64,000 nucleotides of DNA from Mobula birostris (taxonomy: Eukaryota), in assembly GCF_030028105.1 (NCBI RefSeq), contig NC_092397.1:12167271-12231270 (forward strand). Reading direction: 5' to 3'. Of the stretch, positions 26,061-39,239 are shown in pieces (the first letter of the stretch is position 1; each line of letters starts with the position of its first letter). Both the position numbers and the translations under genes were made by a program. Under the pieces are notes generated by a model, which was given only the letters and a program-made list of their open reading frames with translations, was not told where the DNA came from and ran no database searches.

Positions 26061-27387
26061 TGTCAGTACTTCCAGTTGAACTCCCTTTTTGTGTGTTTCC
26101 TGTCACGTGATCGGCAACAATGACTATATCGAGTCAGGATTTATAAACAAACAAGCATTTATTAATGAAAAAAAAAACAAACGGAAACCTAACTGGAAGT
26201 AAACTGCTATGCGGCCATTCATTAAACCGCTACTCAGTACTAGCTCTTAAAGTGATAAATGAGAAACCAGTTCTTAAAGTGATAAATTCAAACACAGTTC
26301 TTCAAATGGTAAATTTTAAAGTCCAAGAGATTTATATGAGAGACTTTCATGAAGTAGCGAATTCCTCAAAGACACGACGTCACTGCCACTCCCAGCCGGA
26401 TCCCGCCTCGTCCGCAGGATTCACGACGACAACGGAAATAAAACGGTTTAAAGGCACGGACCTTCCTCCTCCGTAGAATAGATCCTGCACAGCCTTTTCT
26501 GCCACTTTTAGCAGAGGCTATCTCATGCAGATTACTCTTTCTTGAACGAATTCAATAATGGTCGATCCTTTCCAAACCCGTCGAACATCTCCTTCAGGGT
26601 CCCGTCTTCACTCTCCAATGTTACTGAAAAGATACATTAACAAACCTGGCAGCAATTGGTCAAACTGCCGGCCCAGACTTCTGTACCTTACAATAGAACA
26701 TAAAACTCTGTTTAAAATCAAAACTGCGTCATAATGCAAATATGCAGCGGAGTGGAGTATCTCATTGACGTTCTAACTGGAAAACTAACTGCGTCACCAG
26801 GGGTCTTCCCTTTTATACCCGTGGCGAACATGTCATCTTGTGACCTCACATCGGCGGGAAAATTACATCAGGTGACCTCCAAAAGACCAGTACATCATTC
26901 TACAAGAAAGTCACAAGATCTCCATGAGGTATGTAACATTCCCCCTAGCTGTCAGTCTGTGGGTTTTGTATTGCCATGTGCTCCTGCTCTACTCCGGCCC
27001 CTGTATCACTGAGTACTCTGTCTCTCACCTGTTTCTCATTATTACCTGTATTGCTGCCGCCTGTGTCTCATTGTGCTCCACCTATCATCTGCCTCTCTGT
27101 TTATTGCTCAGTGTATTTCAGTCCTGTGTTTTCACCTGTTTGTTGCTAGATTGTGCCAGTGAATTTTCCTGAGCCTTTCCAGCATTTGTATCTATACTCT
27201 GTCCGTCTGAATATCGACTCTGCCTGTTTCCCGATTCTGGTTTTTGGATTTCTCTGGATGTTTTGATCTCTGCCTGAATGAACTTTGATGCCGACTTCGT
27301 TTGCACCTCGGGATTTGTTACTCAGTAAATATCACAGTGCACATAGTACTGGACCTGTGATTGCATCCCTGCTCCAGCATCCTGACA
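26061..27387 (+). mobile_element. Outer solo LTR, interrupted by a second solo LTR
   Basis: TGTCAG...CTGACA inverted termini; flanks GTGTC and GTCTC (near-TSD). Confidence 0.5.
26101..26938 (-). mobile_element. Solo LTR (Gypsy-like)
   Basis: TGTCAC...GTAACA termini, perfect 4-bp TSD TTCC, minus-strand TATAAAA (~26811-26817) and AATAAA (~26158-26163). Confidence 0.7.
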
Positions 27388-27725
27388 GTCTCATTTAATT
27401 ATTCAGTGTAATTATTTAATTATTCAATGTAATTAATTATTTAAAGATATAGTGCAGAACAGGCCCTTCGAGCCACGCCGACCAGCAACCCATCTATTTA
27501 ATCCTGGCTGAACCACAGGACAATTTACAATGACTAATTAACCTGGCAACCGGTATGTCTTTGGACTGTGAGAGGAAACCCACACGGTTACAGAATGGAC
27601 TCCAACACCCCGAGCTGTGACCTCACTGTGCTGCCTTAACTTGGATAAGCAAGTAGATCAAAAACGGAAATTATAATCAACATAGTCCATTTCGATGAAT
27701 TTACACTCATAGGGATAGACGGCCA

Positions 27726-28550
27726 GTGAAGCTCCCTCTACACTGTCCCATCACACACTCCCGGGGTCAGATGCAGACTGAAGCTCCCTCCACACCGTCC
27801 CATCACACACTCCCGGGGTCAGACACAGAGTGAAGCTCCCTCTACACCGTCCCATCACACACTCCCGGGGTCAGACACAGACTGAAGCTCCCTCCACACT
27901 GTCCCATCACACACTCCCGGGGTCAGACACAGAATGAAACTCCCTCTACACCGTCCCATCACACACTCCCAGGGTCAGACACAGAGTGAAGCTCCCTCTA
28001 CACCGTCCCATCACACACTCCCAAGGTCAGACACAGAGGGAAGCTCCCTCTACACCGTCCCATCACACACTCCTGGGGGTCAGACACAGAAGCTCCCTCT
28101 ACACCGTCCCATCACACACTCCTGGGGTCAGACACAGAATGAAGCTCCCTCCACACCGTTCCATCACACACTCCCGAGGTCAGACACAGAGTGAAGCTCC
28201 CTCTACACCGTCCCATCACACACTCCCGGGGTCAGACACAGAATGAAACTCCCTCTACACCGTTCCATCACACACTCCCGAGGTCAGACACAGAGTGAAT
28301 CTCCCTCTACACCGTCCCATCACACACTCCCGGGGTCAGACACCGAGTTAAGCTCCCTCCACACCGCCCCATCACACACTCCTGGGGTCAGACACAGAGT
28401 GAATCTCCCTCTACACCGTCCCATCACACACTCCAGGGGTCAGACACAGAAGGAAGCTCCCTCTACACCGTCCCATCACACACTCCCGGAGTCAGACACA
28501 GAGTGAAACTCCCTCTTTACTGTCCCATCACACACCCCCGGGGTCAGACA
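27726..28550. repeat. 52-bp minisatellite, ~16 units
   Basis: Unit GAAGCTCCCTCTACACCGTCCCATCACACACTCCCGGGGTCAGACACAGAGT, no unique spacers. Confidence 0.95.
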
Positions 28551-28941
28551 GCTGCCCCACCTACTTATATATGGTCATCCAGTAAGGAGAGGGGCACAGA
28601 GGGATGAGGATGTCCTTGTCAACTTGCTCCTGGGGCTGGCGAAATCAGCCATCCGTGGGTCTTGGGAACGGGTGGTGGGAGGATCTGCCCGGTTAGACTG
28701 CCTGGCAACGTTTAGGGGGTGTATTCGTGCCCAGGTAAATATTGAGAAGGAACACGCGCTGTCCACGGTGACCTTAAGGCGTTCCGGGACCATTGGGCTC
28801 CATGGGGAGTTATTGCTATCAATGACAGAGATGGAGATGTTTAAAGTGTATTGTCTATTTGTAGTGAAGTAATTGTGTTCGTCACTGTTTTGTATATATA
28901 GCGCTGAATTTGTAATAAAGATATTTTGTATTTTTGAAAAA
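28551..28941 (+). mobile_element. Tx1-clade LINE 3' fragment inserted in the minisatellite
   Basis: NLLLGLAKSAI..FRGCIRAQVNIE resembles the Tx1 ORF2 C-terminus; AATAAA and A tail; GGGGTCAG(A/T)CA on both sides. Confidence 0.65.
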
Positions 28942-29741
28942 GGGGGTCAGTCACAGACTGAATCTGCTCCACACTGTCCCACCAAGCCTTCCCAAGTGCC
29001 TGAGGGACCACTTCTGTATTTCCCACGTCAATCTGCTATTCTTGTGGCCTTGCCCCACCGCCACTGACCCAGAGGCCAGGGAGCGCCCAATCCTTGGGGG
29101 ACTTCATTCAAATCTACCGAATCCTGGACGTAGTGAACGTGGAGAGGATGCTTCCATCGGTAGGGGAGTGCAGGGTCCCAAGGCACCGCCACAGACGAGG
29201 AGAATGTTTCAACCCTCGGGCCGTGAACCTGTGGAATTTGTTGCCACTTAGATGGTGGAGGCCAAGTACTTAAGACAGAGGTTGACATGTTCTTGATTGG
29301 TAATGGGTTTAAGGGTCAGGAAGAGCAGGTTGAGAAAGGGAATTAGCATGTTTGAATGGCCTGAATGCACTAACTCTGCATTTGATACCTTAGGGTGTAA
29401 GTTTTATTTACGTATTGAGATACAATGTGGAACAGTCCCTTTCGGCGCTTCAAGTCGAGCTGCCCAGCAATCCCCCGATTTAATCCTGGTCTAATCACGG
29501 GACGATTTACAATGACCAATTAACCTACCAACCGGTACGTCTTCAGACAGTGGGGGGCCCCCGGTGGACATGCAGGCGGTCACGGGGAGAATGTACAAAC
29601 ACCTCACAGGCCGCTGGTACAGGGACGCGTCGCGCTAACCGCTACGCTTCCCAGTGAAGTCAAGGGGTCAGACAGCAGAACACAAAAGGCGACCAAAACC
29701 AGTTTTCAGAACGGAAACTACCAGTCCCAATGGTTTCTACT

Positions 29742-30011
29742 TCATATGGTGATGTGGAAGGAGTCCTCCAGCCACTTGTCCCGGGAGTTCTGGGTGTGGG
29801 GAACCTTCAGACTGCTGCGTGGTGCCTCGTCCCCCACCTGCTCGGCCTCGTATTCCTCCTCCTCCTCGTAGTAGCTGTTCTCTGGGGAGAAGGGGCCCTC
29901 GGGGGCCGCGGCGGCGCTGGCGTCCTGGTACAGGCCCTTGTATTCCTGGATGGCCTCGTAGAGCGACCAGAGCTTGCACAGGAGGGACATGTCCAGCTGC
30001 CGGAGGCCCAC
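29742..30011 (-). CDS. fam89b: FAM89B (LRAP25) coding exon 2
   Basis: cag|VGLRQLDMSLLCKLWSLYEAIQEYKG..DKWLEDSFHITI*; phase 0, 270 nt. Confidence 0.9.
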   Translation of the reverse strand: MGLRQLDMSLLCKLWSLYEAIQEYKGLYQDASAAAAPEGPFSPENSYYEEEEEYEAEQVGDEAPRSSLKVPHTQNSRDKWLEDSFHITI

Positions 30012-30363
30012 CTGCGGAGGGGAGAGGACAGCACTGGTGAGGGACACGGCATGGCCTGACAGGGGGCCCAGTAGCCAGCTTGTTACCGACACAACTGCCC
30101 TGTAACCCCTCGGGGAGGGGGGAGAGAGGGAGGGAGAGGGGGAAGGAGAGGAGAAGGGGGAGGGATGGGGAGGGAGAGATAAGGAATGGGGAGGGGGAGG
30201 GAGGGATAGGGGATGGGGAGAGGGGGAGGGGGAAGGAAGGGGAGAGGGGGGAGGGAGAGGGGAGAGGAGGGAGTGAGGAGCAGAGGGAGAGGGGGAGAGG
30301 GAGAGTGGGGGGGGGGGAAGAGAGGGGAAAAAAAAAACAGCCAGGGTTCCAGCTCTCCATCAC

Positions 30364-30810
30364 GACCGGTCCACCCCTGGGTTAGAGAGAGAGGGGAATC
30401 AGTCAGGTTTCCTGTTCCCCGTCACTGACCGGTCACCCCTGGGTTAGAGAGAGAGGGGAATCAGTCAGGGTTCCTGTTCCCCGTCACTGACCGGTCACCC
30501 CTGGGTTAGAGAGAGAGGGGAATCAGTCAGGGTTCCCGCTCCCGCTCACTGACCGGTCACCCCTGGGTTAGAGAGAGAGGGGAATCAGTCAGGGTTCCTG
30601 TTCCCCGTCACTGACCGGTCACCCCTGGGTTAGAGAGAGAGGGGAATCAGTCAGGGTTCCCGCTCCCGCTCACTGACCGGTCACCCCTGGGTTAGAGAGA
30701 GAGGGGAATCAGTCAGGGTTCCTGTTCCCCGTCACTGACCGGTCACCCCTGGGTCAGAGAGGGAGAGGAAATCAGCCAGGGTTCCTGTTCCCCGTCACTG
30801 GGTTAGAGAG
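30364..30810. repeat. 62-bp tandem repeat (~7 units) in the FAM89B intron
   Basis: Unit GACCGGTCACCCCTGGGTTAGAGAGAGAGGGGAATCAGTCAGGGTTCCTGTTCCCCGTCACT. Confidence 0.95.
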
Positions 30811-31105
30811 AGGGTGGGGGTGAATCCGCCAGGGTTCGGCGAGGCAGATAATGATAATGAAGTAAGCAGGCAGCAGCTGCCCGGAGCGGGTAACCGTGTC
30901 AACCTCGGCACCTGCTGGGTCCTCTCTCCTTTCTCGTATCACGCTCTCACTTCCCTCAGCGGCTACTGCCGCATCCTGTGTAGGAGCTGGGAGAGAGACG
31001 GGGCAAACGCACCCCTCGGGCTCAGCTCCAGAGTTCCCAGCAAGTTCACCTCTGCTTGACTTCCAATGGCTGGGAGGGTCAGTGGTGGATGGGACACATT
31101 TCCTA

Positions 31106-31489
<384 letters not shown>

Positions 31490-32249
31490 CTAATCCGGCT
31501 TCCATCCGGTTTATCGATGCCCCCTTCTCCAATTTAGTCCATCGCGGACTCCCGGTCACGATTTGGAACCTTCTCTCCCCCCCGCCCTTCCTGTGCGTTC
31601 GGTCTCTCCACCCCGGCTTTCCCCTTCCGAGTTGTGTGGTTACAGCCCTCTCGTACAAAGCGCTCCCAATCTCTTTGTTCATTGAACGGCACGCCCCGAG
31701 CTCAGCTGCCAAGACAGAGACGCCGCCACTCGCGACTTCAAAACTTTGATTTTGTTTTTCCAACACTTCCTTCGCATGGCTTATTGTTGCACTAAACGCC
31801 CAGAACTAGCGAGGGCCGTCTCGCTTATTTTTAGAAAGTAAAACGTCTGATTTTCTTTTTACAAATACGAGGAAATCTGCTGACGCTGGAAGCCCAAAGC
31901 AGGACACACAAAACACAGGGGAACTCAGCGGGTCGGGCAGTATCCACGGAAATGAATAAACAGTTGACGTTTCGGGCCGGACCCTTCTTTATTTTCTTCT
32001 AACCTGAGGCGTTTTAATTTTATTTTGAGGGGACTCTGTGGAGATTGCTTTCTCCAGTTAACAGCCGGTGGAGATCCTCGGGCCGATGCTGAGTCACTCC
32101 TCCAGTAAATTGGTGGAGTTTCTTGTCAGACGGGAAACGCGACAATGAGCACAGCAGGATCCCACCTAGACATTAGCACCATCTCTACTTGCTTAGGGAG
32201 GTTCTTCATGACATCAAAACAGTGACAAACTCCTATAGATGTGTAGTGC

Positions 32250-32775
32250 AGTGTATTGACACCAATGCCTTTAATGGAAAATCCTACAAAAGGTAGTGCG
32301 TCCGGCCCGGGCAATCACAGGTAGAGCCCTCCCCGCTATTGAGCACGTCTACATGAAACGCTGTCGTGGGAAAGCAGCATCCATCATCAGAGACCCCCAC
32401 CACCCAGGCCGCGCTCTCTTCTCGCCGCTGCCATCAGGTTAGAAGGTACAAGAGCCTCAGGACTCGCACCACCAGGTTCAGGAACAGTTACTACCCCTCA
32501 ACCATCAGGCTCCTGAACAAAAGGGGATAACCACACTCATCCCACAACCAATGATCTCACTTTAAAGTCTCTTCATCTCATGTTCTCGTTATTTATTGCT
32601 ATTTATTTATACTTGCATTTGCACAGTTTGTTGTCTTCTGCACTCTGGTTGATCTTTCATTGATCCTGTTTACAGTTACTCTTCTGTAGATTCGCAGAGT
32701 ATGCCCGCAGGAAAATGAATCTCAGGGTTGTATGCGGTGACATGCATGTACATGGATAGTAAAATTAACTTTGAT
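32250..32775 (+). mobile_element. Rex1-like LINE 3' tail
   Basis: Shares the AGGTAC..CTCAGGACTCGCACCACCAGGTT..CCCTCAACCATCAGG segment with 5310-5690 and, inverted, 43820-44450. Confidence 0.6.
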
Positions 32776-33329
32776 TGTGGAGGGTTTACAGTTGCCCCAC
32801 CTTCCCTTAATAGGATTTTCCCGTGAGGGGGGCAGTCATGGTGCAGGTCGAGGGGAATAGGCAGTGTAAAAGGGTCGGCACGGATTAGATGGGCCAAAGG
32901 GCCTGTTTCTGTGCTGCACTCTTCTCTGACTCTACAGCGCCCCCGTCTGGAAACACTGCAGCCCAATCTGAGTGCTCCTCTACCCCCACCCCACCCCACA
33001 CAACACACCGAGAGATGTATTTGCACTATATTCTTGCCAAGATCTTCCCTGCTTGATCACTGTTCGCCCCTTCCCTCCCAGGATTTGGGAACTCTGTTCT
33101 GTGGTTAATAAGGACCATCAGGGTTCCTGAACGGAACCAGTGTGGATGACTTCACTCACCTCAGCACTGCCCACTCACTTTCAAGGACTCATATTCTCAG
33201 TATTATTTACTTTGTTTTGTATTTATAGTTTGTCTTTACATGTCAGTCAGCCTTTGTGTGCAGTTTTTCATTGTTTCTATTGTATTTCCTTGTTCTACCG
33301 CGAATGCCCGCAAGAACAGGGTTCATAGG

Positions 33330-34078
33330 CACCTTCTGTACAAGATAAAGTGGCCACTTTTGTGTACTTGTGGTTTTCTGCTGATTCAAGGTTTGACATG
33401 TTGTGCGTTCAGAGATGCTCTTCTGCACACCACCGTTGTAACGTGTGGTTATTTGAGTTACTGTGAGCTTGAACCAGTCTGGCCGTTCTCCTCTGATCTC
33501 TCTCATAAACGAGGTGTTTTCACTCACAGAACTGCCACTCGCTGGGTGTTTATTTGTTTCTCGCACCCATTCTCTATAAACTCCAGAGTCTTGTGCGTGA
33601 AAACCCCAGATCAGCAGCTTCTGAGATACTCAAACCACCCCATCTGGCACCAACAATCATGGTCACTTAGATCGCATTTCTTCCCCCATTCTGATGTTTG
33701 GTCTGAACAAGTGAACCTCTTGACCGTGTCTGTGTGCGTTAATGCACTGAGTTGCTGCCACACGATTGGCTGATTAGCTATTTCGATATTAGACTCCGCG
33801 GGCACGATAGCACAGAATCAGCGCGACGCTGGGGTGGCGCCTGGGAGTGTCCTCCCCGTGGAATGTGTGGTTTTTTCCCAGGTGCTCCAGTTTCTTCCCA
33901 CAGCCGAAAGGTGTACCGTGTAGGTGAACTGCTTATTGTAAATTGCCCCGTGATTAGGTTAGGGTTAAATTGGGGTTGCTGGTGCGATGTAGCACGAAGG
34001 GCCAGCTCCGCACCGTATCACCAAACAACTTTGCATTAGCACGCAGGGGTACCTAATAAAGTGGCCACTGAGTCTATA
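33330..34078 (-). mobile_element. Non-autonomous Tc1-like element with an internal SINE (~33795-34020)
   Basis: Terminus AATAAAGTGGCCACTGAGT..TA; body is the reverse complement of 61476-61710 and 62945-63190. Confidence 0.6.
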
Positions 34079-35261
34079 CATACTCAAGACAATAAATTCT
34101 GAACTTTAAATCCAAACTCTTTATTAGCTTTAAATTAAAATTCAAAAACGAGGATCGTGCTTTACATTCATTCTCGGCGGGGCGCTGTTCTACAATGAGT
34201 GGAAACACTTGATCCCAGAGGCCGATGTCCATACAACACTGAAGCTACCTAAAGACCGCAATTGGCTTCAAACTTGGTCAAGACTGAATTATGCCCCAAC
34301 TTACTCTGGCCTGATCTCTTTTTTTTTTGCAGAGTAATACTTCCCGTCAAAGAGAATACGATTTAAGGTTCTCCCTCACGGGCGGCTGGCAGCCTGGATT
34401 CCCCCACGGAGAAAAGTTTCTCCCAGGAGTACTGAACAGATGCGCAAGGTCAAAGGTTACAGCCCGACTGACCTTAACTGCATCTTCCTCCCCTCCCTAT
34501 CATAAATCCGCACAGCCGTGTTCAACCCTCCTTTTGAAACGTTAGCAAGTCTGCACGAAGGCAGAGTAACACATACGGACCGCTGGAGGATCTCAGCGGG
34601 TCAGGCAAGGGATGGGAGTAAAGCATTGGCGTTTCAGACTGACACCCTTCGTCAGTCTAACAGCAGAGCTCTCCATTTGAATGGCCAATGCTCCAGAATT
34701 GTCTCAGACACCAAGGAGTAAATATTAATGCCGGCACTGCCACCAATAATGCATCAAAGTCACCAACAAAATATGTTTTGACATTTTGAGTGTAGAGAAG
34801 ATGGGATTAGTTGACAAGGCAGGACACTTGGTCTTGCATTGAAACTTTCATAAATATGTCTGTGATGTTGGCCGGTACACAAAAAAAAAAATTGAAGTCC
34901 ACAGGCTGTCTTGAGGTAGCGAATGGGTTCGGATTTTACATCAGTCACTTTTGGCTGTAATATATTTACAAACTCTCTCAGTACCGCAACTCCGTTGTGT
35001 AATGAATGGTGCCAGAAACACACAAGACTGAGAAGAAAGGGCAAATACCGAAAGTGGAGGGAGGGGACTAATTCTGCCGTTTGCAGAAACCAACATTAGG
35101 GCGTATTCTGGAGTTATGGAATGCAGCAAATATCAATTTCAACAGCAACTGGTCTTCAGATCTGAATGTGAATTGCAGACTGAATTTAAAATGCAGCTCA
35201 GAACAATGGTCTTCCTGGAGTTGCAGGCTGGGGTCAGTTGCAGACCAGGAAACATCCCATT

Positions 35262-35425
35262 GACCTGAGATGTCTACATATGCATGAATGCAATAAACAC
35301 CCCACTGGCCTGAGATGTCTGCATATGCATGAATGCAATAAACACCCTACTGGACTGAGATGTCTGCATGTGCATGAATGCAATACACTCCACTAGCCTG
35401 AGATGCCTGCATATGCATGAATGCA
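35262..35425. repeat. ~45-bp tandem repeat, ~3.5 units
   Basis: CCTGAGATGTCTGCATATGCATGAATGCAATAAACACCC units. Confidence 0.8.
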
Positions 35426-35461
35426 GCTCAGAGACAGCAGTAAATAACATTCAATCTAGTG

Positions 35462-35801
35462 CAGTGGTCCCCAACCTCCGGGCTGCGGACTGATATCAGA
35501 CCGCGAAGCATGCAGGGGGGCAGCAGTAGCCGGGATGCACCCAGCACATCTTTAAGAAAAAGGCCGAAATAAACAAGCTAATTAATTAGGTGCCGCCTTG
35601 CTCTCTGTCACATGATCTACGCAATCGGCAATCTCCTCTGATCTGGGCTGACATTTATGTGCCGGGGCGGCACCTAATTAATCAGCTTGTTTATTTCGGC
35701 TTTTTTCTTAAAGATGTGCTGGGTGCGCTCCAGCTACCGCTGCACCCCTGCATGCTTTGCGGATCGGTATTGGTCCGCGGCCCGGAGGTTGGGGACCAGT
35801 G
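35462..35801. mobile_element. Palindromic hAT (Charlie-like) MITE
   Basis: CAGTGGTCCCCAACC terminus, ~135-bp inverted arms, TCTAG-like target site. Confidence 0.8.
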
Positions 35802-35994
35802 CGTCTGGAGTGTTCGTGTGAAGGTCTAGGTGTTTTGGAAATTATATGTAACTCAAAGAAGGCATTGTCAACCCAAGGTATTGAAGCAAATGATGTTATT
35901 GTAACTATTGATCCTGGTTAAGGTTTAAATGTATTGAGTTACAATTGATCTTAAGGGTATAAAAATGTGATGTGCTTTGAGTTTACGAGCCTCT

Positions 35995-36630
35995 GTCCAA
36001 GTATGAGAATGATTTGGGTATCCTGATAGACTCATCACTGTCAACTAGACAATGCACAGAAGCGATGAGGAAAGCGAACAGAATGTTGGGCTACATAATG
36101 CGCCCAGTGAGAGTTCAAGTCTAGGGACGTTCTCCTTAAGCTGTATAATGTACTTATGAGGCATTTTGGTCTCCATGTTGAGTGAAGGATGTAAGAGCAG
36201 AGAAGGGCGATGAGACTCATTTCGGGTCTGCAGGGTATGAGCTATGAAGGAAGATTGAAAGGATTAAATCTGTTTAGCCTAAGTAGATGTAGAATGAGAG
36301 GAGACATGATAGAAGTGTTCAAAATCATTAGGGGTAGAGGTGAGGTGGATGCCAGCTGCTATTTCAAAATTAATCCATCAATGAGGACATGGGGCCATAG
36401 GTGGAGACTGGTTAAGGGGAGATTTCAGATTAACCTCAGGAAACATTTCTTTACACAGTGAGTTGTGGACACAGGGAACAAACTACCTAGTTGCGTAGTT
36501 GAGGGAAGTAACTTAACAGACTTTCAAATCTAAACTTGAAAGTTATTTCAACACACTGTGTGAATAGGAATTTGGCTAGCTTTATTGGGCCGAATGGCTG
36601 GTTCTTGCCAAAAACTTCCCGATGTTCTAA
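35995..36630 (+). mobile_element. CR1 3' fragment, possibly inside an LTR remnant ending at 36723
   Basis: RGDMIEVFKII..RKHFFTQ; flanking TATAAAAA (~35958) and AATAAA (36660) followed by ..AACA. Confidence 0.65.
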
Positions 36631-37827
36631 CGTCTCCGGTACGACGCCTGCTTGTGTTGAATAAAGACTTCCCGATCCACTAGTGTCAGTGTCTCTCTGC
36701 TGATTTTGTTTGCAGTAACAACACCGAAGCATACACTTACGTCAGGCGACAGAATTTAATACTGCTGTGGGTGCCCGCTCCTGCGTGAGGCTGTCAGGAA
36801 GTTTGGGCTGGAGGCACTGCAGGGCGTCGGGCAGTCCTGATGCAGAATCCCAATCCAAAATCTCCACTGTCCCTCTACCTCCACGGATGCTGCTTGTCCT
36901 CGTTGGGCTCCTCTAGCAGCTTGTTTCGTGGCTGGCCCGGAGTCGAACCCAAACTCGTCGGATCAATGCGGCTTTTAACCAGGCTTCCAGCATTGGTTAC
37001 GTGATGTCTTGGTGGTGGGTGGTTGGTGGTGGGTGGTGGGTGGTGGTGGGGGGGGGGTGGGCACCTTCACTCCAGTGGCAAGAGACGCAGGGTGGGGAGG
37101 CCTGTGAAGTGGAGCTACTGTGGAACCTCCTCCTCAGATGCTCACGTTCCAGCTCCCTGGAGCCCAGACGTGGAATCGCAACGACCGCTTCCGCGGGGAG
37201 CAGGACAGTGGCAGGGTTCAGGGACCTACACGGGGAGCGTCAAACAGCAGCTACGCGGCACATCAAGGCAATCGCGTGCTGCGGGGGCGGGGTTTGTCCA
37301 AGGGTGGGGGGTGGGGTGTGCTCAGCACTAGCAGGGGGGGGGGGGGCCACATGTCAAGCCCTCTGGAGTTTGGGGTGCACTGACCGTTTCAAACGATAGC
37401 CCTTAGCTTCAGCAGAGCGTGGAAATGCTGGGGGGGGGGGCAGGAGAGGAAGAGGGTCTGCGGAGGCAGGGTCAGTGCGAGGAGGGCCAGGAGCGTGACC
37501 GGCCAGAGGGAGACTGAGGGCGTTCTGCCTGGTGCTGAGTGGACGAGGCCAGCGACCCCGGGGTGGGGGGGGGGGGTGGAGGAATGAGGAGGCGTGACTG
37601 ATTCCAGGTAGGTGCGGCCAGCGATGAGAAGGGGTTGAGGGCCGTAGCGAGTGCAGAGTGGGTGTGGCCTACGTCGAGAAGGACCCCCGGCGGGTTCTGA
37701 GCGCTCCTGAGCAGCGGGTCCGAGGGCAAGGCCACCGCCCAGGGTGGGAAGCAGGAGGGGCGTGACCATTGCTGGGTAGGCGCGACCAGCGCCGGGGGGA
37801 GGCAGGGACGCTCCTCACCGCCCGCGC

Positions 37828-38180
37828 CTACGCCAGCCGCTTCAGGCTGTGCAGGGAATCGGCGCAGCTCCGGATCAGGCCGCAGAGCTGCGCGCTGTAC
37901 TCGACGGACGCGGCCCGCTCCAGCTCGGCGCAGGCCCAAGCCAACTTCCGCAGCACCGCCCGCTCGGCCTCGGCGGGGGCGCCGGCCTCAGGGGCCGGGG
38001 GAGGGGGGGCCGCGGCGTCCGGCGCCGCCAGATGGGCGGCGGGGAAGGAAGCCGCTGGCTCGGGCCGCTCCTCCACCTGCAGGTCCGGGGTGGGACAGCT
38101 CCTGTACGGCTGCTCGGGCTGGCCGTTGTAGAGACGTTGCCGCTCCCTCACTTGGGTCAGTGCTGCCTGCGGGTTCAAGG
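37828..38180 (-). CDS. znrd2: ZNRD2/SSSCA1 coding exon 4
   Basis: cag|CC gives A-LNPQAALTQVRERQ..AVLRKLAWA..QLCGLIRSCADSLHSLKRLA*; phase consistent. Confidence 0.9.
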
Positions 38181-39239
38181 CTGTGGGATGAAGAAGGCAT
38201 GAACAGCACCCGTTAGACTTGCATCTGTACAGCACCATCACCGTCCCATAGACCAAGCAGATCGCCGGGTCTCTCTTCCACATTTACTGGGGGGCGTCAT
38301 AGATGGAGGGCCCCTGCCACGCGTCCCACAATCTCTTTGACCCTCGACAGTCAGGAAGGAGGTACAGGAGCCTCAGCACTAGGACTGCCAGACTGGTTAA
38401 CAGCTTCTTCCTTCAGGCTGTGAGGTTAATGAATACCCTGCCACTACCATGGTCTCGTCACCGAGCTGTTTACTGTCTGTCTGTCTGTCCGGCGCCCTAC
38501 AGGCATTCTGAATTATATTTTAATAACTTATTTATGGTAATATTTTGTTTGACGTCCTGTGTGCGATATACATTCTGTGCTCCAGAGGAATGTTTTGTTG
38601 CGTTGCATACCTGTACTCAAGAATCGAGTTTCTCCTCTTCCTTCCCACGGGGGGGTGGGGGGGTCCCAGTTTCTCCACCGTGCTCCCCTCAAGGTGGTAA
38701 ACCAGTAAATCACCACAAGGCCGGGCGTGTGTGGCAACAGGCCACGGGGACAGGAGAGGCACGGGAGGGTGCGTTTGACAGGGGTAATATATCACTCTAC
38801 CCCTCCCATTTCACGTGTCACAGGGTACCGCAGCATCAGGACAGGCCTTTCGGCCCATCTAGCCCCCTGCCGACCTCACCCCCGGCTCACATCCGCCCAA
38901 AACTTCCCTCGAGCGTTACAGCCGAACTCGCGCACACCACCTCTGGCCGCCGGCAGCTCGCTCCACGTTCGCGCTGCCCTCTGAGGAAGCTGCCCCTTAA
39001 TACTTCACCTTTCACCCTAAACCTGTGACCTTTAGTCTCACCTGAGCTGAGGAGTGGGGCGGGGGGGGATGAAGCCTGCACGCAATTACCCTATCTATAC
39101 CCATCTTACACACACAGGGGATTCTGCAGATGCTGAAAATAATAAGCCACACACACAAAATGCGGGAGGAACTCAGCAGGTCGGGCAGCCGCCTACGGAG
39201 GCGCGAAACGTTGACAGTTCATTCCTCTCCACGGATGCT

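Noticed and set aside
27726-28550. CRISPR-like appearance and repeat-protein ORFs
   Set aside because: Units are contiguous with no unique spacers, the context is eukaryotic, and the ORFs are by-products of the repeat.
35219-36723. Complete solo LTR enclosing the MITE and CR1 fragment
   Set aside because: TATA, AATAAA and ..ACA end are present, but I found no TG start or TSD.
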